Below are positions 56,800-64,000 of a stretch of DNA of 64,000 bases, piece by piece. The DNA is from an uncultured Gemmatimonadales bacterium. Lineage in GTDB: Bacteria; Gemmatimonadota; Gemmatimonadetes; Gemmatimonadales; GWC2-71-9. The notes below the pieces were generated by a model. It worked only from the letters and a program-made list of their open reading frames with translations, was not told the DNA's origin and did no database searches. Where the stretch lies: the NCBI GenBank assembly GCA_963730185.1, contig CAVSQW010000004.1:64001-128000 (forward strand). Direction: 5' to 3'. The position numbers were made by a program, and so were the translations under genes. Position 1 is the stretch's first letter. Each line of letters begins with the position of its first letter.

Positions 56800-58416
56800 A
56801 TGCGTTTCCTTCGTACCTTGCTCGTTGCTCTCCTGGTCGGCGTCGCGCCGACCCTCTCCGCTCAGGCTCCGGAGTACGACATCGTCATCCGGAACGGCCG
56901 GGTCCTCGACGGAGCGGGGAACCCATTCATCCGCGCCGACGTCGCCATCAAGGACGGGCGGATCGCGAAGGTCGGGTTCGTGCCCGGCAAAGGCGCCCGT
57001 GAGCTCGACGCGACCGGGAAGTACGTCACGCCCGGCTTCATCGACATGATGGACCAGTCGGCCGGGGTGCTGGCCAAGAACGGCCTGGCCGAGAACAAGA
57101 TCCTCGAGGGCGTGACCACGGCGCTCTCGGGCGAGGGCGGGACTCCGGTGCCGCCCTCGGAGATCGCCGGCTGGTTCGCCGGGCTCGAGCAGTCCGGGAT
57201 CAGTCTCAACTTCGGCGACTACTACAGCGCCACCGCCGCCCGCCGCGCGGTGCTCGGCATGGCCGATCGTTCGCCGACGCCCGAGGAGCTCGATCGGATG
57301 CGGGCGATGGTGGACACCGCGATGCGGGCCGGGGTGTTCGGCATCACCACGGCGCTCATCTATCCGCCCAGCAGCTACCATCGCACCGACGAGCTGATCG
57401 AGCTCGCCAAGGTGTCGGCCAAATACGGCGGCTTCTACGCCAGCCACATCCGGGGCGAGGGCAAGGAGCTGCTGACGGCGGTGGGTGAGGCGATCAAGAT
57501 CGGCGAGGAGAGCGGCGCCCCGGTGGAGATCTACCACCTCAAGGCCGCCTATCAGCCCGGTTGGGGCACCCTGATGAAGAAGGCAGGCGCGCTGGTCGAT
57601 TCCGCCCGGGCTCGGGGCGTGGACGTGGCGGCCGACATGTACGTGTACACCGCGGGGGGCACCGGCCTCGAGGCGACGATTCCCTCGTGGGCCTTCGAGG
57701 GCGGGATGGACTCGCTCCGGGCCCGGCTCGAGAACCCGACCATCCGGGCCCGGCTCAAGCGCGAGGTGGAGACCGGCTCGCCGGGATGGTGGAACATCAT
57801 CGAGGCCGCGGGCGGCTGGAAGGGCGTGGTGCTGGCCAACGCCCGGAACCCCGACAACGCCAAGTACAACGGGATGACGCTCGACGCGATCGCCAAGGCC
57901 GAGCACAAGGACCCGCGCGACGCGGCCTGGGACCTGGTGCTCCAGGGCAAGGGCCGGGTCATGGCGATCTACTTCATGATGACCGAACCAGACATCGAGA
58001 CCGCGCTTCGGTTTCCGTGGACCAGCATCGGCAGCGACGCGGGCGCCGCCCTCCAGGCCGGCAACACCGACCTCTTGGGACTGCCTCACCCGCGAAGCTA
58101 CGGCAACTTCCCCCGCGTCATCGCCAAGTACGTGCGGGAGAATCACACGCTGACCCTGCCCGAGGCGATCCGGAAGATGACCGGCTGGCCGGCCGAGCGG
58201 ATGCGGATCGCGGGGCGGGGGCTGCTCCGGCCCGGTTTCTGGGCCGACGTTGTGGTCTTCGACTACGGCACCATCCAGGACCGCTCCACCTACGAGCACC
58301 CGACCGAGTCTCCGGCCGGGATCGACTACGTGCTGGTGAACGGCGTGGTGGTGGCCGATCACGGCACCCATACCGGCGCCAAGCCGGGCCAGGTGATCTA
58401 CGGCCCCGGACGTTAG
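56800..58416 (+). CDS. N-acyl-D-amino-acid deacylase (D-aminoacylase) family, secreted
   Basis: YDIVIRNGRVLDG, PGFID, ASHIRGE, IYHLK, IGSD, HPRSYGNFPR, ADVVVFD. Confidence 0.9.
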   Translation: MRFLRTLLVALLVGVAPTLSAQAPEYDIVIRNGRVLDGAGNPFIRADVAIKDGRIAKVGFVPGKGARELDATGKYVTPGFIDMMDQSAGVLAKNGLAENKILEGVTTALSGEGGTPVPPSEIAGWFAGLEQSGISLNFGDYYSATAARRAVLGMADRSPTPEELDRMRAMVDTAMRAGVFGITTALIYPPSSYHRTDELIELAKVSAKYGGFYASHIRGEGKELLTAVGEAIKIGEESGAPVEIYHLKAAYQPGWGTLMKKAGALVDSARARGVDVAADMYVYTAGGTGLEATIPSWAFEGGMDSLRARLENPTIRARLKREVETGSPGWWNIIEAAGGWKGVVLANARNPDNAKYNGMTLDAIAKAEHKDPRDAAWDLVLQGKGRVMAIYFMMTEPDIETALRFPWTSIGSDAGAALQAGNTDLLGLPHPRSYGNFPRVIAKYVRENHTLTLPEAIRKMTGWPAERMRIAGRGLLRPGFWADVVVFDYGTIQDRSTYEHPTESPAGIDYVLVNGVVVADHGTHTGAKPGQVIYGPGR

Positions 58417-58449
58417 GTGCCGGCCGACCGGACACTCGCGGAGGGGGCC

Positions 58450-59313
58450 ATGAACTCCATCTGGACGCGCCGTTCCCTGAAGGTGTTCTTCCTGGTGTCG
58501 TTCGGTCTGCCCTGGATCGGGTGGACGATCAACGCGTTCGGTCACACCGAGCCACCCCTCCGGACCGTCCTCTTCTACCTGGGCGACTTCATGGCCGTGG
58601 GTGGCCTGGTCGCCACCTGGGTGGCCGGCGGCGGGGTGGCCCTCCGGGGATTGCTCCGGCGGCTGGTGCGGGGAGGCGGTGCCGTCTGGTGGCTCTACGC
58701 CCTCCTGCTGCCGCTGGCGTGGTCGCTGGGGGCGCGGGTGGTGTACGGGCTGGCGCACGGGACCATGACCGCGCTCGACGTGAGCGGTCTGGCCGCGTTC
58801 GTGAGCACGCCGGCCCTGCTTGCCTGGACCACCGGCCCGATCGGCGAGGAGGCCGGCTGGCGGGGCTATCTCCTCCCCCGGCTGCTGACCCGCCACTCGC
58901 CCCTGGTGGCCACCCTGGTGCTCGGGCTGCTCTGGGACGTCTGGCACGTACCGCTCTACGTCCACTCGGTCTTCTCGAGCGGGAGCGGCGCCTTCCACTT
59001 CACGGTCGGCGTGCTCTGCTATACCGCCATGATGACGGTGCTGTTCTTCCGGACCAGGGGCAGCGTGCTCCTGGCCATGATCTTTCACTGGTCGGTGAAC
59101 GTCGCACCCGGGGTCGCCGATCGGATGCTTCCGGTGGCGCCCCACGGCGGCGCCGGCGGAGTTCTGAGCGGCTATCAGACCGGGGCGTCGGTGGTCGCGG
59201 CGCTGGCCGTGATGGCGCTGGCCGGGTGGCGGACGCTCGGTGCCCGGGCGGACTTCGAGCCCGCCCGCGACCTCGCGGACGAGTTCATCGCCGCCGATCG
59301 GCCGGCGACCTGA
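58450..59313 (+). CDS. CPBP (CAAX/Abi) intramembrane glutamic endopeptidase
   Basis: GEEAGWRGY, LWDVWHVP, FHWSVN; multiple TM helices. Confidence 0.9.
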   Translation: MNSIWTRRSLKVFFLVSFGLPWIGWTINAFGHTEPPLRTVLFYLGDFMAVGGLVATWVAGGGVALRGLLRRLVRGGGAVWWLYALLLPLAWSLGARVVYGLAHGTMTALDVSGLAAFVSTPALLAWTTGPIGEEAGWRGYLLPRLLTRHSPLVATLVLGLLWDVWHVPLYVHSVFSSGSGAFHFTVGVLCYTAMMTVLFFRTRGSVLLAMIFHWSVNVAPGVADRMLPVAPHGGAGGVLSGYQTGASVVAALAVMALAGWRTLGARADFEPARDLADEFIAADRPAT

Positions 59314-59365
59314 CCGACTCGCACGGGGTGGTCCCGACCGGGCTCGAGACCGAGGAGAACGAAGC

Positions 59366-60667
59366 GTGGAACGACGTGACGTGGTGAAAGCCATGGCGGC
59401 CGCGGCGATCCTCCCCGGGATGCGTCTCGGGCAGGCCCCCGACTGGACCGCCTGGCGGGTCGACGGCACCCGACTCAACGGCTGGATGGACCACATGGCC
59501 GGGATCGGGCACGGGCCCGACGGGTGGGTCCGGACCGGCTTCGGCGACGCGGTGATCCAGGCGCGCCAGTACGCGATGGAGCTGATGCGCGCGGCTGGGC
59601 TCGAGGTGAGCATCGATCCGGCGGGCAACATCATCGGCCGGCGGGCGGGGACCGATCCGACCCTCAAGCCGATCCTCTTCGGGTCGCACGTCGATTCGGT
59701 GATGAATGGCGGCAACTACGACGGGATCGTCGGGTCGCTCGGCGCGATCGCTGCAGCCACGACCATGGCCGAGCGGACGTACCGGAACCGCCACCCGCTC
59801 TGGGTCACGATCTGGTGCGACGAGGAATCCGGCCTGACGGGAAGCCGCGGCTTCCTGGGCGACATCTCCGCCGACGAGCTGGCCCGCCCCGGGCGGGACG
59901 GCGTCCCGCTCGGCGACAAGATCAAGCGGATCGGGGGCGACCCGGCCGCGATGGCGAGCTACCGCCACGCGAAGGGAGACCTCGCCGGCTACCTCGAGCT
60001 CCACATCGAGCAAGGCGGAACCCTGGAGAAGAAGGGGCTCCAGATTGGTGTGGTGGAGGGGATCGTGGGGATCCGCTCCTGGGACGTGACCATCACCGGG
60101 TTCGCCAACCACGCCGGCACCACGCCGATGGACGAGCGGCACAACGCCCTCCTCGCCGCCGCGGACCTGATCCTGGCGGTGGATCGGATCGTCCGGGCGG
60201 AGCCGGGGCGGCAGGTCGGCACGGTCGGGCGGCTGCTGGTCAAGCCCAACGCCCAGAACGTCATCCCCGGCGAGGTGGTCCACACGATCGAGCTCCGCGA
60301 CCTCTCGATGGACAAGCTGGCGCGGCTCTGGGACGCGATTCGGGCCGAGGGCGACCGGATCATGGCGCGCCGGGAGGTGACCTGGACCCACGTGGAACGG
60401 CCAATCAACGTGGCCGCACTGTCCGACCCGGCGGTGCGCGACCTGATCGCCGAGTCGGCCCGGACCCTCGGGCTCTCGAACCAGGTGATGCCGAGCGGGG
60501 CGGGGCACGATGCCCAGGATCTCGCCAAGCTGGGGCCGATGGGGATGATCTTCGTGCCCTCGATCGGGGGGATCAGCCACTCGCCGAAAGAGCTCACCCG
60601 CCCGGAGGACGTCACCAACGGCGCCAACGTGCTGCTTCAGTCGGTCCTCCGACTGGACCGTCGCTGA
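59366..60667 (+). CDS. M20 Zn amidohydrolase (N-carbamoyl-L-amino acid / allantoate type) with twin-arginine signal
   Basis: GAGGAG RBS; MERRDVVK; GSHVDSV..GG.YDG; DEE; ELHIEQG; NHAGTTPM; SGAGHDA; ISHSP. Confidence 0.9.
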   Translation: MERRDVVKAMAAAAILPGMRLGQAPDWTAWRVDGTRLNGWMDHMAGIGHGPDGWVRTGFGDAVIQARQYAMELMRAAGLEVSIDPAGNIIGRRAGTDPTLKPILFGSHVDSVMNGGNYDGIVGSLGAIAAATTMAERTYRNRHPLWVTIWCDEESGLTGSRGFLGDISADELARPGRDGVPLGDKIKRIGGDPAAMASYRHAKGDLAGYLELHIEQGGTLEKKGLQIGVVEGIVGIRSWDVTITGFANHAGTTPMDERHNALLAAADLILAVDRIVRAEPGRQVGTVGRLLVKPNAQNVIPGEVVHTIELRDLSMDKLARLWDAIRAEGDRIMARREVTWTHVERPINVAALSDPAVRDLIAESARTLGLSNQVMPSGAGHDAQDLAKLGPMGMIFVPSIGGISHSPKELTRPEDVTNGANVLLQSVLRLDRR

Positions 60668-60675
60668 GAGGGCCC

Positions 60676-63600
60676 ATGCCCACGCTCGACCGTCGGGCGG
60701 TCGCCGCCCTCGCTCTCGCCTGCCTGCTCGCCTGCGGCCGCTCCACTCCGGGAGACGTCGACCCCAGCGTGACCCTGCTTCCGCCGCAGGGAACGCCGCG
60801 GGTGGTCGACTTCACCACCGACGAAGGGACCTGGCTCTCGCTCGACGTGTCACCCGACGGGCGGACCATCGTGTTCGATCTGCTGGGGCAGATCTACCGC
60901 CTCCCGATCGCCGGCGGCCAGGCCGAGCCGCTCACGGCCAACAGCGGGGTCGCGCTCAACTTCCATCCGGCCTATTCGCCCGACGGGTCACGGATCGCCT
61001 TCATCTCCGACCGGCAGGGCCAGAACGACGTCTGGACCATGGCGGCCGACGGCTCCGATCCCCGGCCGGTGTTCCTCGATCGCGAGACCCGGTTCATGGC
61101 GCCGGCCTGGGCGCCGGACGGCAAGTCGATCGTCGCCGTTCGGGTCTTTCCGACGCCCGGACGGGGCTGGCATCGGCAGATGAGCGAGCTCTGGACCCTG
61201 CCGCTCGACGGGGGCGAACCGCGGCGGCTCCTCGGGCAGGCGCTCTCCCACTACGACGCGCCCCGATTCTCGGCCGACGGCAAATACCTCTACTTCCAGG
61301 TGTCGTACTCTACCGGCGAGGGCCTCGGCATGCTCACCGCGGGGCATCGCCTCCAGCGGCTCGAGCTCGCGACCGGCGCGGTGACCAACGTCCGCACCTC
61401 CGGACCGGCCGAGCTCAGTCCCGCCTACGTCGAGGCGCTCCGCCGGACCGGCTGGGCGGAGGACAACGACATCGACCCGCCGGCGGCTCTCGCTCCGGCG
61501 GTCTCGCCCGACGGGCGCTACCTCGCCTTCGGGCTCGAGCGGCGCGACACGACCTTCAGTTACCGCGGCCACGAGTACGCTCCCAGCACCTCGCTGGTGG
61601 TGCGGGATCTCCAGACCGGGGAGGAGCACATCGTTCTCTGGCCGGCCGCCAAGGACCTGACCCAGGTCAACGCCCAGTACGGCTACGGCGCGTTTCCGCG
61701 GGTGGCGTGGACGCCGGATTCGAAGGGCGTGGTGGCGTGGGCCGAGGGGAAGATTCACCGGGTGGACCTCACCGGCGCGAACGACCGGGTCGTGCCGTTC
61801 ACCGCCCGGGTCCACCGGGTCATGTCCGAGGCGGTCCGGGGCCGGATCCGGATCGACGATTCGAGCTTCGCCACCAAGTTCATCCAGTGGCCGGTGGCGT
61901 CGCCCGACGGGAAGCGGTTGGCCTTCGTGGCGGTCGGGAAGGTGTGGCTCATGGACCTGGCCGGCGGGGCGCCTCGCCCGCTCACCCCCGAGATGGCCCC
62001 GGCCGTGCAACTGACGCCGGCCTGGTCGCCGGCGGGCGACTCGGTGGCCTTCGCGGTCTGGGACGACTCGGCCAAGGGCGACGTGGCCGTCGCGGCGGCC
62101 GACGGAAGTGGGGCCCGCCGGCTCGGTCTCGACCCGGCGGAATACCTCTATCCCCACTACTCCCGGGATGGCGGGTCCATCGTGGTCTCGAAGGGTCCGG
62201 GACCGAGCCCCAACGGGACCGACTGGAACGGGTGGAACCGGGCGGTGGGGTGGACCGCGGTCCGGGTGCCGGTCGCGGGAGGAGGTGGCGTCCTGACGCT
62301 GGCGTCGCTGAGCGGGGCGGTGCGGACCTACGACGGTCCCGGCGGCCGGGTGTACTTCCAGTATCAGGACCACGCCGATCGGGCGCCCTCCCTGCTGTAC
62401 TACCCCTTCCCGAGTGATTCGGCGCTGGCCCTCACCATCCGGGTCCGATCGGTCGGCCCGGAAGGCGGCGCCGCGACCGATCACGCGGTGTTCCCGGCGG
62501 CGCGCGACAAGGGCGCTCAGCCGGTGCTCTCGCCCGGCGGAACCTGGGTCGCGTTCCAGGCGGGACAGTTCCTGTACGTCTCGCCGCTCGCCGGGGATGA
62601 GCAGGCCCCGGTGATCGACACCAAGCCCGACGACTCGGTGCCAGGCCGGCGGTACGTCGATCCCCGCGGCGGGGTGTATGCCTCGTGGCGCGACAGCACC
62701 ACGCTCCAGTACGCGGCGGGGAGCCGCTACCTCACCTACGACGTCGCCACCGGCCGGCGGACCACCACCGACATCGATCTCCGGATCCCGCGGCCCCGTC
62801 CGTCCGGGTCGATCGCGCTGGTCAACGCCAAGATCGTGACCGCCGACAGCGATCGGGTGATCGATCGGGGGACGGTCGTGGTGCAGGGCGCCCGGATCGC
62901 CTGCGTGGGGGAGTGCGACACCACCGGCGTGGACCGGGTCATGGACTTGTCCGGGAAGACGATCATTCCCGGTCTCTTCGACCTCCACGCCCACCACACC
63001 GCCGAGGAGAGCGGGATCGTCACCCCGCACCGGGTCTCGTCGGCGCTCGACCTCGCCTACGGCGTCACCACCATTCTCGACCCCGCCACCAGCTCCGAGT
63101 CGGCCTTTCCCCTGGCCGAGCTGATCGCGTCCGGCGCGATGGAGGGCCCGCGGACCTTCAGCGTGGCCGAGATCGTGATCTACCCCGGGGTGGCCTGGGG
63201 CGACCAGAAGATCCTGCTGACCGAGCAGGACGCCGACCGCGAGGTGGACCGGCGGGCCGACTGGGGCGCGGTGAGCATCAAGAACTACCGCCAGCCCGCC
63301 CGCTGGCAGCACGAGCTCCTGCTCCAGGCCGCTCGGCGGAGGGGCATCACGGTGACGGGCGAGGGTGGGCCGCTCTACTTCGACGTCGGCCTGGTGATGG
63401 ACGGCCAGACCGGCTGGGAACACCTGATCGCCAACCTCCCGGTCTACCACGACGTGGCCGAATTCTTTGGGCAGGCGCACGCCGTCTATTCGCCCACGGC
63501 GATCGTGGCCGGGCACGTGCTCGGCTCGATGCACTACTTCCGTCCCCGGCAGCATCTCGAGCGCGACGCCAAGTATCTCCGGTTCATGCCGCGGGCGGAG

Positions 63601-64000
63601 CTGGCGGCGCGGTCGGCGTCGGACCGAATGCGGCCCAAGTCGGCGTTCTCGTTCCCCTTCATCGCCGAAGGCATGGCCGACATCGTGCGGGCCGGCGGGT
63701 ACGGGGTCCTGGGCGAGCACGGCGAGCAACCCGGGATCGGGACCCACTGGGAGATCTGGAGCTACGCCGAGGCGCTCAAGCCTCTGGAGGCGATCCGGGT
63801 GGCGACGATCGACGGTGCCTACTTCATCGGGATCGACCACGAGACGGGCTCGATTACCCGAGGCAAGCTGGCCGACCTGGTGGTGCTCAACGCCGACCCC
63901 CTGGCCGACATCCACAACACGGCGGACATCGCCTCCGTGATGAAGGCCGGCCATCTCTACGACGACGACACGCTCGACGAGCTCTGGCCGGCTCGCCGGC
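60676..64000 (+). CDS. Lipoprotein with TolB/PD40 propellers and C-terminal amidohydrolase (partial, runs off window end)
   Basis: Not in the ORF track. MPTLDRR..LLAC; EGTWLSLDVSPDG; SPDG repeats; IPGLFDLHAH; GSITRGKLADLVVL.ADPL. The start and the last line of the window are in the same frame. Confidence 0.88.
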   Translation, partial: MPTLDRRAVAALALACLLACGRSTPGDVDPSVTLLPPQGTPRVVDFTTDEGTWLSLDVSPDGRTIVFDLLGQIYRLPIAGGQAEPLTANSGVALNFHPAYSPDGSRIAFISDRQGQNDVWTMAADGSDPRPVFLDRETRFMAPAWAPDGKSIVAVRVFPTPGRGWHRQMSELWTLPLDGGEPRRLLGQALSHYDAPRFSADGKYLYFQVSYSTGEGLGMLTAGHRLQRLELATGAVTNVRTSGPAELSPAYVEALRRTGWAEDNDIDPPAALAPAVSPDGRYLAFGLERRDTTFSYRGHEYAPSTSLVVRDLQTGEEHIVLWPAAKDLTQVNAQYGYGAFPRVAWTPDSKGVVAWAEGKIHRVDLTGANDRVVPFTARVHRVMSEAVRGRIRIDDSSFATKFIQWPVASPDGKRLAFVAVGKVWLMDLAGGAPRPLTPEMAPAVQLTPAWSPAGDSVAFAVWDDSAKGDVAVAAADGSGARRLGLDPAEYLYPHYSRDGGSIVVSKGPGPSPNGTDWNGWNRAVGWTAVRVPVAGGGGVLTLASLSGAVRTYDGPGGRVYFQYQDHADRAPSLLYYPFPSDSALALTIRVRSVGPEGGAATDHAVFPAARDKGAQPVLSPGGTWVAFQAGQFLYVSPLAGDEQAPVIDTKPDDSVPGRRYVDPRGGVYASWRDSTTLQYAAGSRYLTYDVATGRRTTTDIDLRIPRPRPSGSIALVNAKIVTADSDRVIDRGTVVVQGARIACVGECDTTGVDRVMDLSGKTIIPGLFDLHAHHTAEESGIVTPHRVSSALDLAYGVTTILDPATSSESAFPLAELIASGAMEGPRTFSVAEIVIYPGVAWGDQKILLTEQDADREVDRRADWGAVSIKNYRQPARWQHELLLQAARRRGITVTGEGGPLYFDVGLVMDGQTGWEHLIANLPVYHDVAEFFGQAHAVYSPTAIVAGHVLGSMHYFRPRQHLERDAKYLRFMPRAELAARSASDRMRPKSAFSFPFIAEGMADIVRAGGYGVLGEHGEQPGIGTHWEIWSYAEALKPLEAIRVATIDGAYFIGIDHETGSITRGKLADLVVLNADPLADIHNTADIASVMKAGHLYDDDTLDELWPARR

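Noticed and set aside
58450..59313. Abi anti-phage system or true MlrA
   Set aside because: The CPBP 'Abi' label does not imply defence and there is no defence context. The motifs are generic, so orthology to MlrA cannot be claimed.
60988..63954. 988-aa minus-strand ORF (also 56569-59715, 27014-29395, 30083-32410, 24382-26553)
   Set aside because: Antisense shadows of motif-bearing plus-strand genes.

Overview
High-GC (about 70% by eye), gene-dense bacterial window of about 50 CDS. A PadR plus duplicated orphan ABC permease pair, a PEGA-domain kinase and many secreted peptidases suggest Gemmatimonadota or a similar lineage (inference). I saw no rRNA, tRNA, CRISPR array, integrase or transposase. 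There are four main blocks. (1) 1-5695 (-): at least 8 translationally coupled genes joining an OlsB/OlsA-like aminolipid acyltransferase pair to a ferric-reductase-TM/Rieske/Cys-domain fusion, DinB, NRDE/TANGO2 and an alpha/beta hydrolase. (2) 5891-15182: GH63 glucosidase with two compensating frameshifts, glucose-dehydrogenase-like SDR, PadR-ADOP permease and a zinc-ribbon PEGA pseudokinase. (3) 15326-26343: a TetR-centred divergent aromatic catabolic locus with HpaBC-like monooxygenase and a PcaHG-like intradiol dioxygenase with atypical substrate-pocket residues. It lacks pcaBCD and instead has two enolase-superfamily genes, an SMP-30 lactonase, a 2-hydroxyacid dehydrogenase and an RraA/HMG aldolase, so it is a candidate undescribed pathway. 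(4) 26430-64000: envelope proteins, then about 27 kb of peptide, amide and D-amino-acid catabolic enzymes. Three intergenic copies of a degenerate heptamer (TAGGGAG-like) inverted-repeat element share a conserved core. Several single-base frameshifts may be sequencing indels. All product calls come from motif recognition by eye; no database search was run.
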